A stretch of DNA of 64,000 nt from Eledone cirrhosa (GCA_964016885.1 OZ024742.1:115382001-115446000), one strand, 5' to 3'. Shown: positions 27,910 to 41,094, counted from the stretch's first letter. Numbers and translations: made by a program. The notes: generated by a model from the letters alone, not told the origin.

Positions 27910-29340
27910 AGAAAAAATGAAATAAGAAGTAGAAAAAGAAAAACCGATGAGGCAACGAAAGAAATGAGAGGATGGGGGAGACGTTACATCCCAGTATGAG
28001 TGGTGCCTCAACCGCACCCTACGAAGAATATGGCAATGGAGCTACAGCGGAGAATAGTCAGAGCCACCCGCTTGAACAGTCCCTCCACTTCACGGGGGCC
28101 CCTCCTCAAGTGGGCCATTGTCTTTCTAATTTTAACAAGGACGTCAGAGGTCTCAACGGTGAGGGGTCCAACATGGAGAGAGTTGGTCAGACCTTGGAAT
28201 TTAACTATGCTCCTCTCCTTCTAATTGCGGGCAACGAAACCAGTGCGTCTGGTCAAAGCAATAAGGTTGCAGGCGGAGAAAGTGTCGCTTTACCACATTT
28301 CCAAAATTACCGACTTGTCCCCATTCCTTCGAAACGAAAGTGTATTAATCAATCGGGTTTAGCTGTCGCCATGGTCTAATCCAGTCAGTTCCAATTATGA
28401 CACGAAACAGCATCTCTGTCGATCACACACGGAAGTCTGGGAGCTATGTCACTCACTTAGTGTTGCACCTCTCATAACGAAGGATAGAATATATGAGTAA
28501 GGCTCTGATCAAGCGCTACTGGTTTGATGTCAGCTGGAGTGTAGGCAGGTGAGATAGTATTGGTCGAAGAAGGATTCGCTTGAAAGTGGATATCCATTTG
28601 ACGTCGTTGAACATGGGTCCATTAGAGGACGGCAAACCCTTTGTCGGTCCAATCAGTGAGAGCTGACTCCTGCTCCCGGGCGACACCAGGTCCTATCGTC
28701 ATGCGGAGGATCTCCTTTTTAAGGGTGTGGCTGGAGGAGACTGAAGTGAGATAGGCTGCGATTGCCAAATTGAAAGTGGATCGAGAATAATACCGATGGA
28801 TCTCGGGAAGTTTTGCCTGTTACCAGCCGGCGATCACAAAGCAATCATTACAAGAATTCAGGGAGGGTGATGCATTTCCTCGGGAAGAAGTGTACCATGT
28901 ACGCGTTGAGTAATCTTTCTGTCATTCTTGTCATGTCTGCATGCTTGGTTTGCGACAACTCACATATGTCTCATGAGAGTATTGGAGGGCCGAGAATACA
29001 GGCGCGTTCTGTGGGATCTGTGGAGCCCAAATCAAGACAGTATTGATGCTGTGTATGGCGTCTTGGAATTTAACATCACCGTAGCTTATTTTGATTATCT
29101 CGGACATGGACGGAATGATTTCCAATGTTAGGAGCCTTAAGTCAGGTATTATCCTTGGTTGTCCTCAGCAACAGATTCAATCGAGCATCTCAGAGTGGTG
29201 TCGTCCATGTCCCAGGCCTAGAATGTCGAGCGAACTGAGTGTGTGATGACATCAACAGCCAGAAACAAAAGAGAGGACAGATTGGGTCACCTTGCTTATA
29301 ATGTGTGGTAGATATGTTCCATTTGATGATGAACACGATC
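27910..29340 (-). mobile_element. CRE-clade non-LTR retrotransposon, decayed (RT and restriction-like endonuclease)
   Basis: Reverse complement gives QGDPICPL..LAVDVITHSVRSTF*AWDMDDTTL and, across frameshifts, LELTGLDHGD..KPD...DTFS...KFQGL...PLTVETS. These match CRE-type WYLDDGT and KRPDG...AVET motifs. Confidence 0.75.
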
Positions 29341-30218
29341 TTATAAATATTGTACAGTTTATGTGTAATTGTCAATCCATATTCATTTTATTGCCCACAT
29401 AATAATTAATAAATAAATAATTAAAAAGAAAAGTGGTTTAAAAATTAAGATGACATGACATTACATGTGCAGGTAAAACCTTACAATTCTAAGCAAAATT
29501 TATAAAACTATATTAACAATTCACAGAAAAAACAAGAAATCATTTTATACAATGTATATCTGAATGAAAACTATTATTCTCCACTGAGTAGATTTATAAG
29601 AATGCAGAAAAGAATAATGTTCACCATTTTATAATTCTAGGTGAGGTGATGATGAATTAAAATATTTTCTGAAAATTGTTTTCATATACACTCCTACCAC
29701 TTCATAATCACCATCAACCACTGACCACTAAATATATTCTAACTACCATCACCACCAATCATTAGCAGAACTCTAATGAACAATTACATTTGATCCACCC
29801 ATCCTGTTTTTTCACATTAATTCTATTTCTCAAGAAATACTTTTCAGTAAACATCTTAATTCATTCTCACCCCACCTATTGATATATAACCATGCATCTC
29901 ATTTACCCTATTCACCACCACCATTGTCATCATCATCATCACATTCATCAAACCGTTCCCTCCTCTTACAAATTCCTACCACCGTAACCTTCATCATTAT
30001 CACACTACCATTATCATCATACACCATGTCCATATGTTCCATATTTTTCCTCAGTTTTCTAGATCGCTGGTCATAATTCTTCCTCTCCCTCATGACACAG
30101 CCATTCAAGAACTTTGCCATTATCATTATCATACATATCATATCCACACCCTACTTTGCGTTTCTCTTTCCATAACACATTTCTCTCCCTCCTCACACAC
30201 TCATTCAAAAATACTTAC

Positions 30219-30301
30219 CCACACATCATTCCCCCTTTCAGGCTTTCCATATTGTTTCCCAGTGTTTCTGTTATTGAAAATTTGATTATTGTCGGAAGAT
30301 C
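30219..30301 (-). CDS. Candidate host-gene exon 3 (83 nt)
   Basis: Acceptor ATTTCAG, consensus donor TGG|GTAAGT. In phase with exon 2: GSSDNNQIFNNRNTGKQYGKPERGNDVW. Confidence 0.65.
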
Positions 30302-30971
30302 CTGAAATTCCAGAATAACAAAGCTCACAACTGAGCTTTAACTAAATGCGAGAGTGAAAAACACAAAAGTATGTTTAAAGATTATTTTTTGTTTAATCCA
30401 TCCGAATAAATATTTGTATAATTGTTACATTAAATAAAACTGGTTCCGATTGGTATTACAATCTTATCAAATATTAGATATTACATATTAAAAAATGAAG
30501 TGAGTAGTTGAAATATATTCCAACAGTTCAATGAATAGATGAAAATACATTTTAAAAAGATATTTAATATTTGATAAGATGTTTATACCAATGGAAACTG
30601 GTTATATTTAATGCCACAATTATAAAAGTATTCATTCTTTAGAAGCTCGCTAAATCGGCTGTACCTATAATTCAAAGGAAATAACTGTCCACACGCTTTG
30701 TCATATTGAATCTATCTATGAATTACTTTAATGTTGTATGTGTTTGTGGGTACTAAACTATTATTTTCATTAATATGTCGTTCTTTGACCGAACATCTGG
30801 AATATTCTTCGCCATACATGAAAAACGGTCAGTAAATCTACTTCAAGGTTACTTGTGTGTGTGTTATAGTAATTCTATATTTGAATGAATATACTGTTCC
30901 TGCTGTCGCATAACTGGAACACCCGTAGTTCAAGTTGGCAAGAGATGCCATATGCCGTTGACCTTACTCAC

Positions 30972-31137
30972 CACCATAGGCGCTGAGCTGGCCAGCCGTA
31001 GGTGTGAGCCCCGCGAGTTGAAGTAGTTTTTCCAGCGCGTCTCCCTTGCCGTCCTTCTCCATGTTGTCCGCCGGGGCTGTGGGTGGGCCCCATCGCGTAT
31101 CGTTGTAGTTGTTGTAGAAGAAACAGGAAGACAACAA
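30972..31137 (-). CDS. Candidate host-gene exon 2 (166 nt)
   Basis: GC-rich island, acceptor GTTTCCAG, donor GTG|GTGAGT. The frame LLSSCFFYNNYNDTRWGPPTAPADNMEKDGKGDALEKLLQLAGLTPTAGQLSAYG has mostly G/C third positions. Confidence 0.7.
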
Positions 31138-31623
31138 CTGGAAACTTTAAGCTACTCTCTACATGAAACGAAATATATTCTGAGTGACTTTATATTATGG
31201 CTATGAATTACGGATATGTGTCTTGTTGATATTGGAGCTATAAAGGTTAACGTCAAGCTTCATTAAACCATATTTCATACTCAACAGTCATGGAATTAGT
31301 CGTCAATTATCGCTACATAATTATAATTCTAGCAAACAGCAATTCTAATCTCAGTGGGATTATTAGTTCTAAATGATAGATGAAATTTAATATACATTAA
31401 ATAAAATTGCTCATCGATATTATATTTGTTTTGTTTCTATTGTTCTTAGTTATCAACCTTGACCGAGGCAACCTATAATGTGATGTGTTCCGACTAAAAA
31501 CATTCCGCTTATTCATACATACATTTATTACTAAGCTGTTTAATGCGAACTTCTTTATAAAGATTGTAGGGTAGATCAAGATAATTGTTATATATCTAGC
31601 ACGTTCAGCGTTCCATGTTTGAC

Positions 31624-31714
31624 CATATTACAATCGTTTCTCTGGGGACCAGGTCAAAGCGCGATCGATGCAATGATCGAACCTGACTCTTAAATCGGAA
31701 GATCCTCAGATACG
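31624..31714 (-). ncRNA. Type-I hammerhead ribozyme with long stem II, in the intron between candidate exons 1 and 2
   Basis: Reverse complement: CGUAU CUGAGGA UCU...CAGGUU-CGAUC..GAUCG..GACCUG...AGA GAAA CGAUUG UA AUAUG. Confidence 0.8.
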
Positions 31715-32366
31715 TCTCGATCTTCGATATATATATACATTTAAATCCATATCCCGGAAATATAGAACTGCATAAGTTGAAAGAGTTGATCCGTTAATAA
31801 ACAAAAGCTTTAGACTATGACTTGAATGCGAAAAAAGTTACTATTTCTAAAAGGTAAAATATAATAAATCTTATATTCTTCAAACGTTTATTAATATATG
31901 TCATACATTATGCTTTAAGAGAGATTCGGCTACTATTGTTAGCATGTTTATCAAACACATTTTGTTTCCACTTTTGTTTGTTCATTATAATATTGCCGTA
32001 ATTCTCTTCATAAATGAAATACAATTAAGCTCTTCAATCTGTTCATGATATAATTATATTTATTAGCATTGTTACATCATCAAAGTCTGGGTCAACGAAT
32101 TCATCTCTAGCATATTCCTGGCAATAACATCTACTAATTGCTCCCCAGGCCTTCATTTGACATCAATTAAGACATTTACGATTATATTCTATTCATTTAA
32201 TAATTTCGATCATGTATAGAACAGCAGTCTTGCTGGGACTAAATCTTCTGGAGTATTAACGATAACATTGACATAAGTACATATGTTTCAACGCTTTCTG
32301 AGGGCTGAAGTTTAAATATAGCATAGGTGGGTATAGGGTTTAGAATATAAACGAAATAGTATATAC

Positions 32367-32537
32367 CATACTCAAGAATGGTCCTAAATGTAAAGAGCTG
32401 TCTTCGCAAGCACTTGACCCTGTGTCGCCCCACTGCATTGGACATGTAATGTCTTCCTCATCGCGCACGCAAAGGAAGATTAATAGAATCAAAGCAACCC
32501 CTCCAAGGTACAGTCTTACGCACAAAACAATTTTCAT
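32367..32537 (-). CDS. Candidate first coding exon encoding a signal/anchor peptide
   Basis: MKIVLCVRLYLGGVALILLIFLCVRDEEDITCPMQWGDTGSSACEDSSLHLGPFLSM. The phase-0 donor ATG|GTATAT joins exon 2 in frame. An alternative donor GA|GTATGG lies 5 nt upstream. Confidence 0.5.
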
Positions 32538-32905
32538 ACCCTCAGAGAAGTTTACAAACACATACAAGTACCTGAACATCGTTTCATGTTTATCTCCCCT
32601 CGTTCTAAATATATTCACTTTTGGAGATGGTAGACTTAACTCAACGACTGCATTCTATCGCTAAAACTGTTTCAACTTTTTCACTCTCATAAATTGTTGT
32701 CATATTTCTTTCTTTCCATGTTCTATTTATCGTACTTTCCATGCAGAACAAACATCTGAAACCATAAAAATGTTTCGAAATGAAATCGACCTTTAACACA
32801 CAATTAACCATCATTGCATTGTATTGTTCCCTGAATTATGTATTCCTGTTGCATGATACCATATAACACACACACACATATATATATATATGTGTGTATA
32901 TGTAA

Positions 32906-33118
<213 letters not shown>

Positions 33119-33219
33119 CATATATTTTTCATCTTTCTAAAAGTTCCGCTCACCCCCCTCCTATCTTGTTACAATTAACAAACAACCAATCTATAGAAAA
33201 CTTTACCTCAAGAGGCTAA

Positions 33220-33478
33220 CTGCAAGGCGATCCGCATCGATTGTGACATTTTGAAAATTTCGCCCGGAAAGTCATTGTTTCATATATTCCATATCATTTT
33301 CTCTTAAATTAAAATCTTCTCCAAACTTATTGTTGGTATTAGAAGGATAAGTGGCAATAAGTGTAATGGGGAAGGCTACTGGCAAAGCTGGTAATAGAGC
33401 GCAGACACCTATTTTTCGCTGTGGGAGTGGCAACATTTTTACTTTCGGAAAATTACATATTGCTAAGGGCCACGCTAA
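33220..33478 (+). mobile_element. Isolated right end of an hATm-like DNA transposon
   Basis: ACTTTCGGAAAATTACATATTGCTAAGGGCCACGCTA nearly matches 34944-34980. Confidence 0.6.
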
Positions 33479-33537
33479 TATATATATATACCCGTATGTG
33501 GTTATGTGGTTGACAGAAAAGAGTACTCCGTATTGAG

Positions 33538-33580
<43 letters not shown>

Positions 33581-33584
<4 letters not shown>

Positions 33585-33746
33585 ATAGGAAACGGAGAAT
33601 CAGTGGTGCGACGAATTAAAATTTATTAGGCATATTGCAATCATTTCTCTGGCGACCAGGTCGAGGCACGATCGATGCAATGATCGAACCTGACTCTTAA
33701 TTCGGAAGATCTCAGATACGTCTCGATTCTTCGAAGCGAAGTTTCC
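33581..33746 (-). mobile_element. Second copy of the 31624-31714 hammerhead-bearing short repeat (core damaged)
   Basis: Same sequence with CUGAGA (one G lost) and an altered triplet. AATAAA downstream. (TA)n on both sides. Confidence 0.8.
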
Positions 33747-33889
33747 ATATATATATATATATATATAAATATGAAAAAAGGACAGTAAGGAGAGTATATA
33801 AATATACTATCCTTACTGTCCTTGCTTTCATATTTCCCCTTGGTCCCCTTTTCTCATTGTATTTGTATATAAACAAGGACATATATACA

Positions 33890-34097
33890 AGGAGAAAGGG
33901 AGAACAAGGAGAAAAGGAGAGTAAGGAGAACATGAGAGCAAGGAGAGCAAGGAGAGCCAGTAAAGCAATGAGAAAATGAGAGCAAGGATAGCAATGAGAA
34001 AAGGAGAGCAATGAGCAGGGCGGGGGGCAAGGAAAGCGATGAGAAAAGGAGAGTTAAGAGAGCAATGAGAAAAATGAGAGCAAGGAGAGCAAGGATA
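33890..34097. repeat. Degenerate 9-bp minisatellite (GGAGAGCAA-like)
   Basis: Read directly from the sequence. Confidence 0.85.
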
Positions 34098-34104
34098 GTT
34101 TAAG

Positions 34105-34980
34105 GCAAATATTGTTCAAATTATGCTGGAAGCAGACAAATTTGAATAAGAGGAAGAAGAAACAATCAACTGAAGAGGTACATACTGCACCAAAATGACT
34201 TTTCCTCCGTTACAAACATTCAGTTTTCGTCTTTTGTAACTCCTGCTGCGAAAACTTTCTTCACGAGATTTTCTATCAGCACCGATCTCCTCTACAAAGA
34301 ACCTGCAACATGGAAGCATGATCCGGGTTACAAAAGTGGACTTGAAAAACTTGAGAAGACTGTTGTTATGAAGGATGTTGCAGAAAGAGGTCTCAAACTC
34401 ATTGAGGATTACAATAACATTCTCTCAAAAGATGAAACTGAGAAACTATTAGTTTTACAGATCGTTACCGAAGGCCATAATACATACCCAACTGCCACTA
34501 AATCCTCTCTTATGCAGAAATAATGTACAATGTTCAGTGCTCACAATATGTTTTCGATTTTATAGAAATTATTGTTGTAAATAAAAATGCGTTTTTATGA
34601 TAGAAGTTGAATGCTTTATTAAGAAAATCAAATATTTCTTAAGTTTTTCATGTTGTTTCAGGATTTTTTTCAAATTAAATATTGGTAAATTTTATTCAGA
34701 ACGTTTTTAAACATGTGATGGGGTTTCATGTGTCAACATCAATTTCTCTAAGAAGAAAAAGGAAAAGGCTCGAGATTGGGAAAATTATACCGCTTTTGAA
34801 CAGAATTAATCGTTGCGTAGACTCTCTTCCACCTTCCAGGCATTTGAGGGTAGCCTAACATTTGTCCGATTGAGATAAGGTTTTGCAGATCCCGTGTTCT
34901 TGTTATTGGAGAATGGTTTGAGAGTGGGTGCCGCAAACCTTTAACTTTCGGAAAATTACCTATTGCTAAGGGCCACCCTA
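34105..34980 (+). mobile_element. hATm-like DNA transposon: transposase C-terminus and right TIR
   Basis: EPATWKHDPGY...VVMKDVAERGLKLIEDYNNILSKDETEKLLVLQIV. The end reads CCACCCTA (reverse complement TAGGGTGG). Confidence 0.8.
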
Positions 34981-35043
34981 ATATATATATATATAGTAAT
35001 AATAAATGAAAAGAACAAATTCTAAACAAGATTCGATAAGGGT

Positions 35044-35104
<61 letters not shown>

Positions 35105-35269
35105 GGGGGGGGGGCGTGCTCGCATGTGTGTGCATGTGTGCGTACGTGTGTTTGTATGTCTGTTTGTGTGCATGTGTATGTGTGTGTGTAATATATGTCA
35201 ATGGATTCGCAAAATGGATATTTCAAATCAAACTACTAACTAGAATTTTCCACTTCGAAAGAATTCCCA

Positions 35270-36245
35270 TCGAGTTCAACGCAATTACCCATTCTCTTTT
35301 CCCAAACTTTCATTCACATCTAGGAAGATTCTCCAGAGTTGTTTACAGTTTCATAGTCATAGACTGCTTCCACGTTCGGAACATGGGTCCTTGATATCAG
35401 CCATGATCTTGTGGAAAAAGAAAACATCACACAGAGATAGGTCGGGTGAATAGTAATGTTGCTCCAGCATGGCGGCTTTCTTATTTGCATGAATCTGCCT
35501 ATGGCTCAGCGTTGTGAGCCGGCACATTGTCATGATGAAGAAACCTACAAGTGTCCTACCAGAATTCTCAAGATCTCTTTGGAGACATGCTAGCTGATTG
35601 TATGACTCTGTAGCAATAAATATATGCAGACGATGCCAATCACCTCGAAGTAATGAGTACTGTGTGATTGACTCTGTACTTCGAATGACTCGCTTTCTTC
35701 GGTCTCGGCAACTCATCCACTGAAGGCTCTGTCACTTCGTGTCCGGGTATTCATAATGAACCATGACCTATCAACATTGATGATTTTCCTTAGCATGTGT
35801 GGTACGGTTTCAAGAAATATGATTATGTAGTGATACACATGCATGCACCGATCATTCTGGTCATCGTTCAGCAGCTTCGGCACCGTCTTCACGCATATCA
35901 TCCGCATGCCCAAATCTGTAATAATGTCCCACACGATGTCGCGGTTCATGCCCAGCTCACTTGTAGTCAGTCGATCATGTGTCAACATTTGCATCAGTCC
36001 TGATCTTTGAAAGCTTTTTTGCTGTTTGTCTTCCATGACCTCCCACTTTTTTTAACCTTCTGTGCGACTCGCGAAACCGTGAGCGTGACGTTGTTTCATC
36101 TCTGTATACTTGCTGCTGTATTCCGTGTGCTTCTGATGTAGATTTCCACGCTGGACGAGAAGACTTAGTTCGTTTATCTGTGCCCATCTGTTGACGGCCT
36201 ATGATTTAGTTGTTAGCAAGACACATGAAAAACATACAATGGTGT
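35270..36245 (-). mobile_element. Decayed mariner transposon
   Basis: CVKTVPKLLNDDQ (WVPK-like), IINVDRSWF and HYYSPDLSLCDVFFF (YSPDLAPxD). Frameshifted. Confidence 0.9.
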
Positions 36246-36251
36246 TAACAA

Positions 36252-36299
<48 letters not shown>

Positions 36300-36302
<3 letters not shown>

Positions 36303-38808
36303 CCCCAAATAATGGCTAGTATTCAGTGTTAGTTTTAAGTTTTTCGTTACTGGTTTGCGCATTTCAAATGCTTTTCAAAAATAATTTTGAGATAGAGCGT
36401 TCGTGATTTGGTTGGTTGTTGAATATCACTTGAATAATCACTATAGTTTTGATTGGTCGGTAGAAGTCACGTAAATATTCAATAATAAAAGAGGTGAAAT
36501 GATGCATAATATTGTCATAACACCAAAGTGTGTGTGAGTGTGTCCAGATTCTACGTACTGCAAGGGAATGCATTAGAAACATACTACGAAAAGGCTGAAA
36601 CTACAATCAACAGACAATTATGAGCAGCCTAAAAACTCTGATCAACCAATACAAAGAAGGACTCACTGACAAGGAATTCAGCTTCATCACAGACTTCACA
36701 AGTAAGTCCAGCCTTTTCTAGGGTATCCCTAAGGTACATAAAAGCGAATTAATAGGTAAGGCATGCAAGGAAGCCACAGACATAGTCATCAATATCCCAT
36801 CACACAATGATCTCAAATTAAGACCTATAAGAGCAGGTTCCGCTTGCGAAACCCACCGCCTAAGCAACTTCATTGATACGCTTCTCAAGTCTTTTCTCAA
36901 ACACATTAAAAGCTATATAAGAGACGACCTAGATATGCTCAACCGCCTCTCTAATATACCCCTTACTGAACAAACCCTACTAGTGACGTTCGATGTAGTC
37001 AACATATACTCCAACATCCCCCACAACCTAGGAATAGAAGCTATCCAATTCTGGCTGGATGATTTCCACAAGGAATTCCCACAACGCATCAAAAAGGAAT
37101 TCGTAATAGAAGGAATCAATTTTATCTTGGAGAACAATTACTTCGTTCTCAAAAGCAAATCCTGCAGACAGAAAGCTGGGACCGCTATGGGAACTAAAAC
37201 GGCCCCCACTTATGCCAACCTTGTCATGGGATACCTGGAAATCACCCACTACACTAAAGTACTAAACACATTTGGAAACACTCTCCACTTACACATAGCA
37301 AAGAACAGGAAGCGATATCTAGATGACTGCTGCATCCTTAGGCACGAAAACATCGAGAAACTTAAAGATTTTCACACCCTTATAAATGGGCTCAACACGA
37401 ATATTAATTTTAATACAGCCATCAATAACTCCCCTTCCTTGACATCCTCATTAAGATTCATAACAATAAAATAGAAACAGACATATACTACAAGCCCACA
37501 GACTCCAAGTAATATCTTCCTTTCAATTCTTGCGACCATAGACACATTAAAATTAATATTCCCTACAACTTAGCCAAGAGAATCTGTACTATAGTCTCCA
37601 ATAAAAAAAACACATGTAACTTACGGCTACAAGAACTAAAGAACACATTCATAGGCAGGGACTACCCTGCATCACTAATTGGCAATGGAATCCAACGTGC
37701 CCTAAAACTCAGTACCCAGAAACATAGACACCCAAAAGCAAACCAACCGAAACTAAACGCTCTTCCATACATCTCCACACACAACCTTTTCAAAAATGAG
37801 GCCTTTGACACCATCCTCCAGAACATTCCTGGGTTACAGAAGGACCATATAATGAACCAAATCATTCGAACACACGATATCATAAAGAGCAAAAGACAAT
37901 CTAAGTCAATGAAAAACATCCTAACTCATGCCAAGGTACTACCAACGACAACAACGAAACCCACACTAAGAATATGCGTAGACCCAACTGTGGCATATGC
38001 ATCAACCTTACAGAGGGTTCGGAATTATATTTCAAACAGGCACAACGTTTTATAGTAAAGCATACTTTCACATGCGCATCAGAAAACCTAATATGTCTGT
38101 TAACTTGCTCAGGTTGTCGAGAACAATACATAGGCCAGACTAAAAACAGACTCCGACAACACATGACTGTCCATAGATCCCAAATCAAAATACGGGAATA
38201 CAGAAAAATGCTGCCGAGTGAACATATTGATACCTGTGCCGCCCCAAATCACCCCAACTTTAGAATCTTTCACCTCTACGAATTTAAAGATAATGCCACC
38301 CACACCCAGCGCATCAGCAGGGAATCTTACTTTAATAACAAATACGCACCCCGTCTAAACACTTCTCCCTAAGACGAACCCACAACATAAACACTTCCAC
38401 ATACATAGCTACATCAACATACATCCTACATACATTTCTATCCACAGGTACCCTCTACGGCAGGGCCTAATGGATTCCCTTACAGTACGTACAATCTGGA
38501 CACGCTCACACACACCTTAGTTTTATGAAAATACTATACATCATTTCACCTCTTTTATTATTGAACATTCGCGTGACTTCTACCGACCAATCAAAATTAG
38601 AGTGATTATTCACGTGACATTCAACAACCAACCACATCACGAACGCTCTCTCAAAATTATTTTTGAAAAGCATTTGAAATGCGCAACTGGTAAAAATACT
38701 TAAAACTAACATTGAATACTAACCATTACTTATTACTAATTTATAATTATTCCTAATTAAACTACTTTTCACTGGAAAAAATCTGTCAGCATTTTCTTTT
38801 CCTATTTA

Positions 38809-38811
<3 letters not shown>
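36300..38811 (+). mobile_element. Penelope-like element (Neptune-type), 5'-truncated, with an inverted pLTR at 36300-36575
   Basis: RT motifs FDVVNIYSNIP, GTAMGTKTAPTYANL and RYLDD. Endonuclease region RPNCGIC...NLICLLTCSGCREQYIGQT...HMTVHR...EHIDTC. Stops and frameshifts. (TA)n on both sides. Confidence 0.95.
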
Positions 38812-38870
<59 letters not shown>

Positions 38871-38880
38871 AACCAGTAAG

Positions 38881-38974
38881 ACGCCGACAGCTGAGCTCAA
38901 GCCGTTTCGACGGCTAATTCTGGACTAAATGAACATTTATCCTGGTATTTAAATAGCCGATCTTCTCAAGGGGT
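38881..38974 (-). ncRNA. Hammerhead ribozyme (U3:A8 variant) in the 3' pLTR
   Basis: Inverted twin of 41720-41813 with one stem I mismatch. Confidence 0.7.
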
Positions 38975-40053
38975 AATTCCATATATGGTCAAAGTGATTG
39001 TCAAAAATCAGTAGTAATTCTGTGGTTGCAAATTAGTAGGGGAGATGGTGGCTAAACCTGCCAGTAGGAGAAAGAGGGGAGGGGGTGGAGTAGCCCCAAT
39101 CAAGCGTTTGTAGTGCCAGCTACAGCTGGGCATGAGGTCAAAGAAGATACAGGGGAGGGGGAGGGGGAGGAAGTCGGAACGGTAGGTAGAACAATGGGGG
39201 GTAGAAATATATAGGAAAGAAAAAATACGTGTAAAGAAAAACAAATGAGTGTTAAGAAAAAAGTAAAGTAAATTAAATTCTACGACCTGGGTCTCTAGCT
39301 AATGTTAGTCTAGAATAAATAAATAAATGAAGAAAGAAAGAAGTAAAGAAAGAAATAAAGAAATAACGAAATAAGTAAAAGAACTAGGTGGGACGGATTA
39401 GGCGAGGACCCTTTTAAGAGGTATAAGTACGTAAATGATACGGTGACGGCTCAACAAAAGAGACTAATAAACAATAAAGGTTTCCATCCCGGGCACAATT
39501 CCAGCAACCACCCAGTGCCGCAAAGTGAACTAATACGTGATAATAATTCTGAGTCCCGGGAAAAATATATACTAATGCTAACTCTAAAAGATCTAAAACA
39601 AGCTACATGAAAGTTCGTACGAAGTAAAGGTAAAATACGGAAGAATAAATTCAGAATCCACCCCGCCCGAAAGAAAAGCGAAGAAAGAAATACTGAAACG
39701 AAAAAATAAGGCCTAAGTGCCACTAAGAAATATAGAGGGCACAGAGAATGGTGGGAGCGGTCGGAAAAAGGGGACAAGTATCCGGGGTCTAAACCAACTG
39801 CTATAAAGGGCGGAGTCCGCCAAATCTATCCTAGACTAGGGGAGGGGGTGGGGGTACTAAGGCTACACGGGGCCAAAGGGCAGCCTCGGGTGGGCGAGAA
39901 AAGACGCCGACAAAGGAGAAGAGCTGGGGTAGAAGGCCTAAGGAGAGAGGGGGGAAGGAAGGAAATAAAGGAAGCGATAAAAGAATACAAAGAAGATCTT
40001 ACGTCTCCCTTGGCAAGCAGGGGTTACCCATTGCAAAATCGGCAAGTGGGGTG

Positions 40054-41094
40054 TTATAGCCCTAGTCTACGCCCCCCCGGGTCATTATGGGGTTTGAGGG
40101 CGAGGTAAGTCCTACGCAATCTATGTTTACATGCAGTAACCAGTTCATCTTTCTTGTTCAGGAGTTGGTCCGTCGAAAACAGCATTTGTAAAGTTTCCTC
40201 CGAGCATAAATTGCACGGACGGCGTCCTCCCGTGTAAGAATTGGCTCTGGACAGTAATCTCCAAGTGAGATCATAGGTGATGTTGTTGTCCTTGAGGTCC
40301 CATATGTGGCCCGAAAGTGTAGTGGCGTGACGCCGGGCCGGGTTTCGGAAGGTATGTCTATGTTGGTATAGCCGGGTCTTGAAGTCACATGCGGTAAGTC
40401 CTATATAGGCTTTGTTGGAGATATCCGTCCTCACGTTGCACTGGTAGATCACATTACGGTCTCTGCATCTATTGTCGAGTGGGCAAATAGATCTATCCGG
40501 GCAGTTACACCTCCTGGTCGGTTCTCCACTGCTATTTAGGTTATTTCTGCCATCGGGGTTGAATTTTTTGTTGTTAGAGGAGACGATGTTTTGTGCGAAG
40601 TTTGGTGTAGTGCTGTAAGAGAGTTTGATGGTATTTTTGTTAATTATGTTGTGGTAGCGGTGTTGTAATGGGAAGTATTTTTCAATGAGCCTAAAGAATA
40701 GTTTCCCGATGGGAGTTGTCAGCTCTGCGTTGTGGGGAGGATTGAACCATGTTACATTGCGTGAGCGGCGGTGTCTCCTGCTGGTTCCGCTAATGGGAGC
40801 TGGACAGTAGGATATTTCTTCCCGGAAACCACTCCGCTTGAGGGCCTGGTTGTAATAAGGCGCATGTTCATCGAATATCCGCTCATTAGCTGACAAACGG
40901 GATATGCGGAGGGAGATGTTTTTGACCAGGTTGTTTGTGATGTTCCTAGGATGGTTTGATCGGCGCTGGATGTAGTGCAGATTGTCATTAGGTTTCCTGT
41001 ATGGGTAGTACAGGTCGTTTTCGAGGTCGAGGGTCACGTCCGGGAAGTTTACTCTGGTCAGGGACGTTTGTTTTAGATCTTTTAGAGTTAGCAT
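40054..41094 (-). CDS. Open chimeric ORF: RT C-terminus/thumb, linker and GIY-YIG endonuclease
   Basis: First ATG at 41094, inside the inverted pLTR. Motifs VTLDL..YYPYRKPN, WFNPP, CNCPDRSICPLDNRC, VIYQC...YIGLT...FKTRLYQHRHTF and CNLCSEE. No stops. Confidence 0.8.
   Translation of the reverse strand: MLTLKDLKQTSLTRVNFPDVTLDLENDLYYPYRKPNDNLHYIQRRSNHPRNITNNLVKNISLRISRLSANERIFDEHAPYYNQALKRSGFREEISYCPAPISGTSRRHRRSRNVTWFNPPHNAELTTPIGKLFFRLIEKYFPLQHRYHNIINKNTIKLSYSTTPNFAQNIVSSNNKKFNPDGRNNLNSSGEPTRRCNCPDRSICPLDNRCRDRNVIYQCNVRTDISNKAYIGLTACDFKTRLYQHRHTFRNPARRHATTLSGHIWDLKDNNITYDLTWRLLSRANSYTGGRRPCNLCSEETLQMLFSTDQLLNKKDELVTACKHRLRRTYLALKPHNDPGGRRLGL

Noticed and set aside
38575-38700. Hammerhead in the Neptune pLTR (GAAA-TGCGCA palindrome)
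   Set aside because: There is no CUGANGA-like core or UH triplet in any of the three copies.
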